Part shown: positions 36,421 through 48,971 of the stretch, piece by piece | Layout: every line of letters begins with the position of its first letter | How positions within the stretch are numbered: position 1 is the stretch's first letter | From: Lingula anatina | Lineage: Eukaryota > Animalia > Brachiopoda | Assembly: GCA_051362555.1 (NCBI GenBank) | Contig: CM120643.1 | Span: 8,494,001-8,558,000 of the forward strand | Direction: 5' to 3' | Length of the DNA: 64,000 bases | Made by a program: the position numbers and the translations under genes | Notes under the pieces: model-generated | The model's database searches: none | What the model was told of the DNA's origin: nothing | Seen by the model: only the letters and a program-made list of their open reading frames with translations

Positions 36421-39375
36421 ATGGGGAATTGCCTTTTTAAACAGACTGCTGATGCCTCTGTAACGTCACCAACTGGAGGACAAGGGGGAGTGGCCACAGC
36501 AGATGGTCAAGCTGACCATAACCGGTCATCAGCTCCTGAGGAGACCATTGTTAAAATGGACGCAGTCAAACTTGAAGAGACAGGGGGAGGGGGTGGACTT
36601 GACCTGGGTCTGCTATTCCCAGCTCTCACAGAAGTGACCCCTAGACCGGAGGTAGCAGAGCCGTTTGACTTCCAGAAAGATGGACGTCCTGTTGTCCGCA
36701 TCGGAAGCTGGAATGTCCTGTCGTGCTGCTTGAACAAGATTGCAAATCCAGGAGTACGAGAAGTCATCTGTATGACTGTACTGGAAAATGGGTAAGGAAA
36801 ACTTGTGGCAAAATTTAAGACCACTTCCATTCTTTTCTTTAATTTCTTAATTTATAAACACCTGCAAATTTGCTGTCAAAAGTTTTTTGAGGCTGTGTAA
36901 ATCTTATAAGATTGTCTTTGAGCTTTACAAGAGCTGTTAATTAATACTTTTTATAACTTCTCTTTCCTTTTAAAAATGTAAAATAAAGTGCTCATCACTT
37001 TGGTTGTTCGCCAGCATTTGTATAAGAAAAGAAATGAAGAAAGAGAAAAAAGAGAAAAAAGAAAGAAAAATCAGCAAGTGGAAATTATATTATACCTAAG
37101 CCCCCTCCAGCCATTTTGTCCATGGGTGAAAAAAACAACCCTGGATAGATGTAAAATCCATGCTTTGCTGCACACAATCTTCTGGTGGGCCTTATATTAT
37201 GATGCAATCTGTCAAGGAAGACCTTGAGACAGATAGGGGTCACTGTTATAGAGATGCATATTTTCACACATTGGCCTAGTTTGAAGCATGATTTGAATGA
37301 TATATATATACAGGAATCAGCTGAAAGATGTACAGTTGCATTTTTATTTCCATTTGAATAAAATTTATTGTTAAAGTGCTAGTTTAACTTCATGGCATTT
37401 AGTTCCTGAGTTGTCATAAGCAGGACTGTTCATTGACTGCTCAGTTCATTTCAGGCAAGAATTTTTTTGTCAAATTACAATGGATACGCTAGAATCGTTT
37501 CATTGTGAAAAAAAGATGTGCCATCTCTTTTGGTGTGAGCCATGCGTTAACACAAGCCAAGGCTACTGTCAGCGCAAACATTCCTGTCACTAATTATACC
37601 CAAGAAGTTGTCTTGACAACTTGTTATACCTGTGGTGGGCAGACATATGGTAATGACTCAATCTTTTCAATGGGGAAAAAATTGTCAATCCTTTAGATAC
37701 ATACTTTTTGTGTAGTATTTGTGGTGCTTTTACTACATAGAATAGAAATACAAGGTAGCCTGCCTTTCAGTGTTGTTGCTACCATGCAAGGAGAATGTTC
37801 TAATTTTAAGAATTTAGGACTTAAAAATACAGTATCTGTAAAATTCACATCCCACCTCCCACTGAAAATATCAAGTAATTACTGTAAATTTTCCTGTGCA
37901 ACAGTGCCACTAGAATGCTGTCTGCTACTGAGTGGGTGGTGAGACAAATGGCTCCTTGACATGGATTGGACTTTATTTCTGGATTAAGTATATTTTGTGA
38001 AAATGAATTGACTAATTGCGTGTATGCAGATTATTCTGAAAACAGAGAAAGAAAAAAAGAAAAGAAAACAGACATCAGAAAAAACTGACATAGGGGGCAT
38101 TTGATAATATGTAGTTCTCTCAAAAAGACAAAGAAAAATAATGAAAGAATCATAAATAAGTCTGAGTCTGTATATACTAGTAAGTAAAATTATTTGCTTA
38201 TAAGAATTCTTTATGGTGGTCTCTAAACGGAAAACATATAAAGGTGCTTGTTTTTCTGAACATGGAAAGTGACTTTGAGACAATAAACCACTTTGAAATG
38301 AGATGGTACATAACAGTGTTTACCCAAAAACTAGTGGGTGGAAAACTGTTGGGTGGGGACTCTCATCTATGAGGTGAATGTGGTGTAATGGTGGACCTGT
38401 TTACATGATAAGGCATGTCTGAAGTTTGATTAATAGCCATCTTATTGGCTTAGTGGGTGCTTTATTACTCAACAGAGTTATGCTTTTATTGTAAAGCTTT
38501 TATTGTTATTACAAATTGTATTGGGGGGGGTCTCCTGGGTACATTATTGTTAAAGTCACCTGGAACTACCAGAATTTTACCTGATATTATCACTGCATTT
38601 ATATATTTGTGACAACTTAGACCCCGTTCCCATACCTAGGTCTATTTAGCAGGATAGACCCATCTCTGAGGGCTTAAGTGGCTTAGATGTCTGGCATGCC
38701 TACTGAAGCTGCTTAACGATGGTTAATTACCCCCTAACAGCTTCAGGAGACATGCCAGACATCAGAGCCGCTTAAGCGGAACAAATTTAGCGAGACCCCT
38801 CAGAGATGGATCGATCCTGCTAGAACGGTCTAGGTGTGGGAACAGGGTTTTAGTTTTTAGGCATTGATCTTGCATATTTAAAGTATTTGAAAATCTTTTG
38901 AAAATCTTTCCAGGTTTGGTATCCTTGCTCTACAAGAAATTGCTGACAGAGAGGTTCTAGATAAGGTAAGTTTAAGGTTATTATGCACCCCAAAGCAAAC
39001 AAATTAACAGTAATGCAATAAGCTAAAGTCATTCAGATTTTTATATAATTTGATTTGAGATTTCAAAGAAATACTGATACTAAAAATCCTGCCATTGAAA
39101 ATAAACCTGCAGCATGTGTGGGAATATACTAAATTGAAAGTACATTTCTGCTAATAGATGTTTTAAAGTATTGGTTGACAAATTGAATTAGTATTGATTT
39201 GTTTTCTTAGATCTGTGACGAGCTGAACAATCCTATTATCCCTAATGTAAAGAATTGGAAGGGGCAGAGAGGACATTGGAAAGCTGTGATATCAGATACT
39301 CCAGCTGGGAGAATGTATCAGGTACTTACTTGTGGTTGTTGGTAACGCCCCCCCCCCCCCCCCCCCAAAGAAAAA

Positions 39376-39418
<43 letters not shown>

Positions 39419-42297
39419 ATGAAAATAATAAAAAAGTAATAAAATAATAAAATACCTCTTACTCCAGGGATTCAACTTCTGAGATTCATCCATCTTGCCA
39501 TAGAATTTGCTCCTATTAGCATCATGTCTTTATGTCTTTCAAGATAACACATACTTTTCATTTGCTTCCATTTGCCTTCCAGCAAGCACTTATTCAGATA
39601 TATATAAACCAGTTTTACAAGTTGGCCAATTTTCAAGTTTCATTTCATTTAGTACAGTGTTTAGTAATGGATAAGAACAGATGACTGAATTATTATATTA
39701 ACTATGAATTATACATCCAGTTATAGTATGTTGTGTGTGTCATTGTGTTGTGTATATTGGGTCTTAAGGATGATCAGTTTATAGTGACTAACAGTTACGT
39801 GCTTAGTGAACAGCAGAGAATTAAAAACTATTTCTCTCTTTTTCCAGGCTCCAGAATATAATGGATTTATCTATGACACCAGCCAAGGCATTGAGGTGGT
39901 GTCATCTTCCCTCATAGAGCGACACCGCAGAGGGGCACCCAAGCAGTTCGCGAGGAGGCCTTTTATGGTGGTTTTTAAGGTTTGTGCCAGACAATGGAAA
40001 AAAATGCCACCTTATTTTTGAATGGAAAGTAAATTTTCATCAAGTAGCTAAGATTTGTACTAATTCATGTTTGATAGGGCCTGAAAAGAGACAAGAATGT
40101 CAGTTTATAATATGATAATATTTTGAAGATTTTTTTTCTTTTACGATTTATTCTTTTTCAAACTTGCAGTCAGCCTGATATAAGTGATAATGATATTATC
40201 TTATATTGACTTAAACAAAGCAGTGCAAGCTACAAAAGCATACTTCATTCTCCAGGCAAAGGAGCTCGACTTTGTTGCGGTCAGCGTCCACTTGAAGGCC
40301 ACTGGACTACAGATGGAGGACCTTGACCGTTTGCAGGAGGAGATTGGCAGGTGTCCTTTGGTCTTGGAGGCCATTCAGGAGCAACTGCCTGGGGAGAGGG
40401 ACATCATGATCCTGGGGGACTTTAATTTGGGACCAGAACAGGAGGGTATGTTGAGTGTTTTAGACCGCATTCACAACGAATTGAGCCAGGCTTTACATAT
40501 CCTGGGGACTAAATATGGCGGACGTACATGAAAGAAAGACTGCCTAATCTTTTAATAGTCTCTCCGCCTCTCACACGCCTCCCCATGTGTCGTCCCAATG
40601 GAGCTGAAATTTAATGACTGTACCCCCGCAGGGACGACACATGGGGAGGCTTGTGAGAAGCAGAGAGACTATTAAAAGATTAGGCGGTTTTTCTTTCATG
40701 TACGTCTGCCATATTTAGTCCCCAGGATTTGTAAAGCCTGGCTCAACTCGTTGTGAATGCGATCTTAGAGTCAATAAAAGGAATCTTGGGTGACTTTAAT
40801 TTTGGAGCAGAGCAAGAGGGTATGTTGATTATTGTAGAATCTAAAAAAGGAATCCTGGGTGACTTTAATTTGGGACCAGAACATGAAGGTAGGTTGATTA
40901 TTCTAGAATTTATAAAAAGAGATAAGAAAAATTTATAATGTAAAAAATAAATGAAGGTTTAGTTCTCATGGGCAAATGTATTCTGTAAAAATGAATAAAC
41001 ATCGATTTCCTATAACTCTAAATTATCTTATCTAAGATTTAAACTGAAATGCTTGCCAAAACCTTGAACATAATTTGTTATTATGCCCAAGCCAAAACTC
41101 ACTGGAATATGATTATCTGACATGGACAATCTGCATATTGCCAAAAGATAATACCATACTTCAAAATTGGAATACTTTGTTAACACAGTGGTGAATTCTC
41201 CTTTGAACATTGTGAATTGTGTTGAAATACTGGGAAATATGTTTTTTTTCTAGTGCACTCTTTAAGATATCCACGGATAATATTGTTACATGTGGAGTGT
41301 ATAACTGTTTAGTTTCATGGCAGTGGAAATATAAAAGACAAGTGAATTTCAATTTTTTTAATAACTAGTCTAAGATTGATTGTTAACTTATTTACTGATT
41401 AAAAAGACTCAGAGATTATTACATGGGTAAAAAATAAAAATGAATTAATGAAGTTAATTTAAACAAAAGAATTGTGATTGTCGGCATAAATTTTACATTT
41501 CATTTCATATACTGTATGTGCAAACATTTTTTTTGATCAGATTTTGATGCATTCCGTGATGCTGGGTATAAGAACACTGTAGATGAGCACACCAACACTA
41601 ACATCAACCTGCGCAACTTGAAAGGCAGCAGAACCTACGACAACATTTGGATGAGTAAACAAGCACAGGATGTGTTCACAGGTGAGAGAAATTTGAACAT
41701 TTTAATGACACAGACAATCACCATTTACCTCGTTTTACTAACCAGATCTGGGGCCAACATTTTTGGGGTTATATGGGCTGGTACTTTTTGCCTGATATAT
41801 GAAGTATGCAAAACAAATTCATATGTGAATAAATAGTTCTTATAATAATAATAATAACAACAACAACAACAATAATAATAGCAACTGTTACAGAAGTAGA
41901 AGTAATACAAATGATAACTGAGTTGAATGACTTTACAACTTAATCTCACGCTGTAGCTTAGTTGTCATATTTTGTAATTTTGTGTTCTGATTTTTTCATA
42001 TCTCTTGATATACAGGTAAGCAAGGTGAATATTCCTATCTGCACACCCTTTGTTCTTTTATTAACTGAACCTGATTAAATGCTCAAGACCTGTATAAATT
42101 TTTTTTTTAATTCCTCAGGTCAGTCTGGGGTCATTCGTGAGGGGTTGACCCACCAGTGGATACCCCATGATGACTGGTTTTGGGGAGGCATAGTGGCTGA
42201 CCACTGTCCAGTGTGGGCGGAGTACTTCACTGACCACGACATGGACGCAGATGGTGACCTCACAGCTGGCGTGAAGGGGATCAAGGTGGAGGAGTGA
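36421..42297 (+). CDS. EEPD1: EEPD1 paralog B (EEP catalytic domain only, no HhH), 391 aa
   Basis: Coding exons 36421-36791, 38914-38965, 39211-39321, 39848-39979, 40256-40445, 41541-41681, 42119-42297, with the same intron positions and phases as paralog A. Motifs: MGNC, GSWNV, ALQEI, FARRPF, SVHLKA, ILGDFN, TYDNIW, ADHCPV. Confidence 0.9.
37648..37884. mobile_element. Tc1/mariner-like MITE
   Basis: Same family as 10605 and 20038; TA-flanked. Confidence 0.55.
38620..38849. mobile_element. Palindromic Harbinger-like MITE
   Basis: GACCCCGTTCCCATACCTAG...TAGGTGTGGGAACAGGGTT; TTA flanks. Confidence 0.75.
40407..40910 (+). repeat. Three copies of a 69-bp exon-end plus donor unit of EEPD1-B; the first is interrupted by a MITE
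   Basis: ATCCTGGG.GACTTTAATTTGGGACCAGAACAGGAGG|GTATGTTGA recurs at about 40783 and 40852. Confidence 0.85.
40463..40764. mobile_element. Near-perfect palindromic Harbinger-like MITE
   Basis: Copy of 14398-14699; TTA TSD. Confidence 0.85.
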
Positions 42298-43846
42298 GAA
42301 GTGGGGCGAGTCTGAGGCTAGTTTGCGGAGAGGGAAATGAGAATTCACGTAGTGATGCGTAATTGATGGTGTCACGTACTATTCCTACATATGAGAGATA
42401 TATGAAAGAGAAAAAAAGTGCAAATCTGATGATGTATAATTTACTACTTACAACCAAATATTGTTTGAGGAGTACAAGGTATAATATCTGTATCAGCATC
42501 ACTGGCTTGTGAACTAAAAAGTATGTAGACAAGCATTTTCAGGGAATTTTTAAAAGTATTTTATGAATTTATGAATTTTGTGTCGTTTAAAAGATTTTAC
42601 GAATTTTTAAGGCAATAATATTATAATTCTGCATTACAGAATATTCTTCCCAGAGATTATTGGATTTATCATATTTTTACAAGATCTTGTGCAACTATGT
42701 CTCTTTTGAAAAGTATAGAGTAGCTTTTTGAAAAAAATCAAAGGGTAGTGTGTATAGCACTAAGTGATTTAAAATCTAACTTCAGAAACTTAGGTAGTTG
42801 AGGTAGTTGAGTGAGGTCTTAGGCACATTAGAAATGTGGGGTTGTGTCTAACATGGAGCAAAAAGAACAAGATTCAGAACAATAAAATTGGAATTTTCAC
42901 ATTTTATGGAGTGACTTGGTGGAGAAAAGAAAATGTAATGAATCGTGCGGTTATCAATGAATGTAAGTTATGGGGTATATGATGCAAAGAATGATGTCAG
43001 GTTTGTATTAACTAAGTCATATTTTGACTTCCATAAATATGGTTTAAAATGGTGCTGTACATTTATATAGTAGGTTTTAAAGACCTTGACTCCTGAATGT
43101 GATATGCTTTTAAAGGTGATTACTTGTGTAGATTTTTACATAACACAGTAGCTTCTGGTGAGACACCACATAATAAATATACTTATTAGATATTATATTA
43201 GTTTGTGCCCAATCATTCTCTTTTTTTTTAATTTTAGGCTGGTAAAACTAGGTCAGTATGGGGTGTTTGCCCTCTCTCCTTTTTCTTTTATTTAGTGTGA
43301 GAGTAGATTTTTTTAGTTTTGGAAATATTTATTGGGATTATTTTTTTGAATGGATATTTTACGCCTTTTTTACCAGTACTGTATAAGGGCATCAAAGTTT
43401 AATGCATTTCAACAAAATTTTTGACCTGTTTGACTTTTGGCATTGGGTTGAAATATTTCAGTATAGAGTCTTTGAGGTAAATTGAGATATTAATACAGTG
43501 TTGCTTAAAAGTGCTGATATTTTTTTGCCATTGACTGGAATCAAGGTGTGTCATATGTTACAGAATCAACAAAATAACATGTACACTCTTTCTAAAAAGA
43601 ACAGATCAATAAACACTGTGTCTTATAACTATTTCTTTATTTCTTTATTAGAAAACTTACATATTTTATGTTTTCTAAGAAGCTTGAGTCATCAATTTAC
43701 CATGATTCATGTTGAAATATAAGATTGTGATGTAATTTGAAAAGTAATCAAGAATGCTTTGAAAATGAATGTAATGAATGGTTTCAGTGTTTGTACATGT
43801 ATCAGGCATGTCAAACAGAAACATTTGAGAAATAGCGTCCTGGCAG

Positions 43847-44450
43847 CACCCTGAGCTTCAGAGATAACTTGACACTAACCTCTTCACTATAGCCTATCTT
43901 CATCGTGTCAAGTTACCTCTGACGAAAATAGTTTGACCTAGTTTATATAAGCCAATCGAATCCATGTTTCAAAATTTTTCACCAAAGTTTGGTGAAAACG
44001 CTGATTGGTTGACCGTCAATCGGCAATCCTCGGCTGATTCCGCAAGCTCCATACTAACAACATAGTTATTGTCGAGTGCGGAGTCATCCGAGTAGTTCCG
44101 AGTGCATAACCGTACACAAAGAAAGCATGGAGTATATCGGAATTGAAACCAGAGCAGTTTGATGCCCTGCATAATTATCTACTGAGGGATGATGTATTTT
44201 GCGTGCTGCCCACAGGTTACGGCAAGTCCCTGATATTCAGCCTTATCTTTGATTGGTCCGGATTTGAACAAAGCGCGCTTTGACTCGTTCGCGTTCATTG
44301 GCTAGATCATTCAATGAGTCATTGAGTGCGGGCTTTAAATTTGATTGGCGGGCGGCGGAGGCAATCGAATGTGGTCAGAGGTAACTTGACACGATGAAGA
44401 TAGGCTATAGTGAAGAGGTTAGTGGCAAGTTATCTCTGAAGCTCAGGGTG
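43847..44450. mobile_element. Non-autonomous long-TIR DNA transposon carrying a RecQ-like SF2 helicase fragment (Academ/AcademH-like)
   Basis: 77-bp near-perfect TIRs (CACCCTGAGCTTCAGAG...) and an 8-bp TSD CCTGGCAG. The + frame 44140-44238 reads ELKPEQFDALHNYLLRDDVFCVLPTGYGKSLIF. Confidence 0.75.
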
Positions 44451-45690
44451 CCTGGCAGTGTACAGCTAAAATATATGCATCTATAAATCTTATGAAACAT
44501 TAAATATTGAATGACATATTGTCTTAGGCAATCTTCAAAACACTTCGTCCAACACTTTGAAATTGAAAGGAAAAACAATTACCTTATTTCAGATCATGAT
44601 ACTGTATATTGAATGAATTAACCTTTCACTTTATTGTGGACTAGAATATCAATAATATGAGTTACAAATATGAGAATATTACTAATAACGACCTTTCCTT
44701 AAACATGAAGGGGAGAGTCTTTGAACACACACACACACATGCAAAAATAATTTTTAAAAAGGTCACCACTGCTACAAAAATACTTTAAAAGTTCTATGGA
44801 AGTAAAATTTTCAATCTTTACATATATGCAAGATTTTAACACAATTTTAGTATATAGCACTAAATAAATATGTGGAAATAATGCAAAAAAAGAAAGACTA
44901 GTCACTAAGTCATGTACATGTAGTCTTAGACTTGTTGCAAAAACCAGATATGTTTTTGAGAGATAAAAAGATTGTATTAAATACAATATTTTGCACTAAT
45001 AAATAACTATATATCTTAGAAGAACATTTCTGACAATTGTCATGGGTTTAGCTTTTAATGGCATTTATTTTTTTTTTGAATTTGCAAAATGTTCATTCTT
45101 AAAATGTCTTTCCCCATTTGTATGAGATCTGAAGAATATCACATCCACAGTGATCTGTGCCTTGATAAGTGTATTTTCTAACATCAAGATGATTGTACTG
45201 TTCATAGGCCCATAATAACATAATTTTATTAAAAAAAAAAAAAACAATACTTTAATTGTGAAGACATGGAAGACAGATTCTACAAATACTGTATATGAGA
45301 CATGATAGTCATTCGCTACCTGAGAGTATGGATTCTAGAGAGTCACAAGAACCTTCCCTACCATGAGGTAAGTCACAGCAAACTGGCATTTTTTAAACGT
45401 AAATATGTATTATACTTAATAAACAGTAAAACTGATAAACTACCAGTATTCCCTCCCCCCCCCTCCAAACCCCCACCCCTCCACATCAGCACTATAACTG
45501 AACATAACACTTCACAATCAATGCACCATCTAAATATCTCTCCCTCAACCCCTTTTCCCCATAACTTGCATTTTATCAACTATTTTTACCTTTATAAAAC
45601 ACATCTTTCCACATACTGTGATTTCTCTGAGTGACAAGTACTTGTATTACCACTGTGACTCAAAATATCAATAGGAAAGACAATTACCAG

Positions 45691-46219
45691 TCAATAATTA
45701 AAACTGCTTGCTGAACCACATGATTTCAAATTTATGTCATCCAAGTCGGGTACAACTCTCTTCAACTCTGCATCGGTCAGTCCATTGGCTCTCACAATGT
45801 GGTCCAGTCTTCCCAAATACCAGTTTGTATCCTGCATGAAGTATGGGATACGGGTCTCTTCAAAGTCGCCCATGTTTTTCAATTTGTCCACATCTTTATA
45901 AGAAACCTTGCCCAGCCTGGCAAGGGCGTGGAAGTCGATGCTGTGTCTGTAGCGTAACAGTTCTAGAGCACCTGTCAAGTAAACTTGGTCCTTGCTAAAT
46001 CCACCTGAAAATTTGGGCAAAAGTAAGATATTGTTTTGTATTTAGAAACATCATCATGGTATTTCATTTGTGTTAGCATTTATACTGCTTTTTGTCTTTT
46101 AAAAAATAAATTAATTTTTTCTTTTAATAATGAGCTTATCTGATTTCAATTTTGAATATTCATGTATGGATTGATAGGAAAGTGTAAAATTCAACCATCT
46201 GCCCTTGATTTTATTAATT

Positions 46220-46286
<67 letters not shown>

Positions 46287-48500
46287 TTGTCCATACCTGG
46301 CTGTGAGGTATCAGTCTGGCCTCTCTTGGTCCTCATACAGTAGTCCCATCTGGTGTGAGGATCTTGAACAAACCTTCCCAGGTCTTTGAACAAGTCCCTC
46401 AGTGACATGTGCGCTGCCCAGTACGTCGTGTAATACAATATGGCGGCCCGCCACAGAGAGGGGTCCTTCCTGACCAGTATACTGTGTAGAGCAGCAAGGC
46501 CCTCCTCCGTTGGGTTGATAGGTTCCATGTCGAGCTCTTTGCGTTTCTTCCAGTTGTACCAGGGCTGGAACTGGTTGTTGTAGCTCCGAATGTAGTGAGT
46601 CCCTAAAATGAAAGGGTGACTTGAAGCATTGTACAGATTTGCATTGATTAATTTTCTTAAAATACAGTGTATACTCTAAAAAATGCAGAAAATGATACAG
46701 ATTACTCAGGCCTGTAGCCAGCAATTTCAAAGGGGGGGGGGTTTAAAAAGTGGACCTTTTACCGAAAAATCCCCATGTACTTACATGTATGTCAAATTTT
46801 ACCCAGAGTGGACCTTTTTTCAGCAAAAAGGGGGGTTCTTTTGAACCCCCCGAACTCCCCCTGGCTACGGGCCTGTTACTAGTAGGTCTCCTTTCTTATT
46901 ACATTTTCATATAATTAAACCTAAGCCATAACAGACTCACCAACTTCATGCCGTAGCAAGCCATCCACCCAGTGCTCCCTGAGGTTCCAAACCCTGACAT
47001 TCAGAGTGGGCTTTCCCTTCACATTTGTCATAGAGGCACGAGACATCAAAACTTCTGACATGTTTACAGAGATTTCCTCCTCTAGATTTTCTTTCCTGAA
47101 AACCAAAAATGACAATTGATTTGGAAAAATACTGGTCCAGGTCAGAATTCCTTTTGTCTGATATTACTCAGTGACTTGCTCCACCACAAAATTTACAAGT
47201 TATTTTGTATTTATGTATCAAATATACATTTTGCACATAAGGTAACTTCATCTGAACACTTAATGAGTTGCAGTGCCTGCACTTTTTAAATCATCTCTCT
47301 TTTTAATAACAACAAAATATTTGCAATGTATAACAAATTTGGTGTCAATTGCAATTAAAACACTGTCAATTGTCATTCACAATAAATGTATAAATAACAA
47401 ATTTGGTGTCAATTGTATGAATAAATTAAATGACATTAAAAGTACCTGAGATATTGAAGCACCATGGCCATAATTTGAGTTCTTGACATGGGTTTTCCTC
47501 CAGTCTTCTCCTCAAAGGTCTCATAATTTCCATACTTTGCTATTGCCGTCTCCATGATATGTACAGCCTGAAATGTAACCATAAGAGTTACATACTTTTT
47601 GTAGATGTAGAGGTGTTCTTATTTTGGCAAAATTTGTTATAATATTATTTAACACTGTAAGCATCACTTTGGTTACAGAATGAATGCTCAATGATCAGCC
47701 AGTCATTTTATTCTCAAATGGAGCCAGAAAGGACACCGTTGTGTGTTAAGGGGGCTTTAGTAATCCATTCATTAAATTCTACTCTGTTTTATATTTACTG
47801 AGACTGTAAGAACAACAAGAACAGGAAAGAAAAACTGAATTTTTTTGACAACCGTGAAGAGCACTTTATCTAATAATGTATCACCCTGTGTATGACATAC
47901 CTGAGTGAGATATCTATCAGAAGGATTACTTGTGCGGGCCAGCACCTCAGGATCTGCAGGGTACTTGTATATGAAGAGAGGGTGATAATTATAACTGGCA
48001 CGAAAAAAGCGTGCCTTTTCCGATTCCACATTCTCGGGCTTAATAGCAACCAAGAGAGCCACTTTCCTTTTCTTTTTCTCCTGAAATGAGCCTGTTTGAT
48101 TTGTCGAAAAAACACTGGAAGCTCTGGTTTGTTGAACTGATGGAAGTTTTGTCGAAGAAGACCAAGCGGCTTGTTGGGATGCACACCTAGTCATTTGGTT
48201 GGAAGGTTTTGAGCTCAGCTCTACCCGTTTCACATTGAATCCCAATAACTGCTGTGTAGTTTCAGTAGTAGAAGACATAGCTGATGATGTTGTAATCCCG
48301 AAATAATTCCACGCTGGTTTCAAAGTACGGATGTCCCTACTGGTAGGTTTTCTACTTGCTGGTCCACCTGTGCTTTGTCTTTTCCGTTTCTTTTTGCGTT
48401 TTCGTGATTGTGGAATGCTCTTTTTTCTTTCACTCTCATCATCTGAACTCTGAAAGCTGAAACTATCTAGAAGAGCTGTTGTCGATACAGCTGTGGCCAT
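45691..48500 (-). CDS. MATCAP: Microtubule-associated tyrosine carboxypeptidase (MATCAP/KIAA0895 family), 498 aa
   Basis: Coding exons 48500-47901, 47567-47446, 47095-46941, 46602-46297, 46004-45691, in frame. Motifs: AIKPENVESEKARFF, HEVGTH (HExxxH), NPTEEGLAAL, KRGQTDTSQPGGFSKDQVYL; disordered basic N-terminus. Confidence 0.9.
46223..46282. repeat. (CA)n microsatellite in a MATCAP intron
   Basis: Direct inspection. Confidence 0.9.
46707..46875. mobile_element. hAT5-like MITE (inverted relative to 12506)
   Basis: CAGGCC..TAGCC/GGCTACGGGCCTG termini; TTACT 5-bp TSD. Confidence 0.8.
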
Positions 48501-48553
48501 TTCGACTTTTTAAAGCATAGGTAAATGCTAGCTTTGCAGAACTGCACACATTT

Positions 48554-48722
48554 CAGGGGCGGATTTAGGCCGTCTTCTGGGTCTTCCAGAAGACGGTCAG
48601 ATTTTCAAGTTTACATTGATGGGTATCTAATTTTTTCTGTCGGAAGACGGTCAGAAAATGGAGGATGGATCAACAAAGATAATTTGGAAGACTGTCAGAA
48701 AATAACTCTGGATCCGTCCCTG
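48554..48722. mobile_element. CAGGGGCGGAT-family MITE
   Basis: TIRs present; CATTT 5-bp TSD. Confidence 0.8.
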
Positions 48723-48904
48723 CATTTTGACCTTATTCAAGAAGTCCTTATTCCCGCTTTCCATTGACGTTAAGACACTATCGATTGCTTGGCCTCGCTT
48801 ATCCAATCCTTTGATATATTTGACACCAAACTACTCAAATATGTACCAAAATCATCCAAGCGTTTTGATTCAGCGACAATAAAACTTTCACAATTTTAAA
48901 TTAC

Positions 48905-48971
48905 CTCCTTGGATACGATGACGCCATTCCTTCCCACCGGAAGCGGAAGTGTCATCAAGGTCAAGGCCAGA
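48905..48971. promoter_or_regulatory. Compact bidirectional promoter region for MATCAP and NAPG
   Basis: Tandem ETS motifs CCGGAAGCGGAAGT (48937-48950), YY1-like CGCCATT, a minus-strand donor GAG|GTAATT at 48905, and the NAPG ATG at 48972. Confidence 0.55.

Noticed and set aside
40753-40938. ORF with GDFN motifs as a possible third EEP gene
   Set aside because: Explained by local duplication of the EEPD1-B exon end; it has no independent start or good acceptor.
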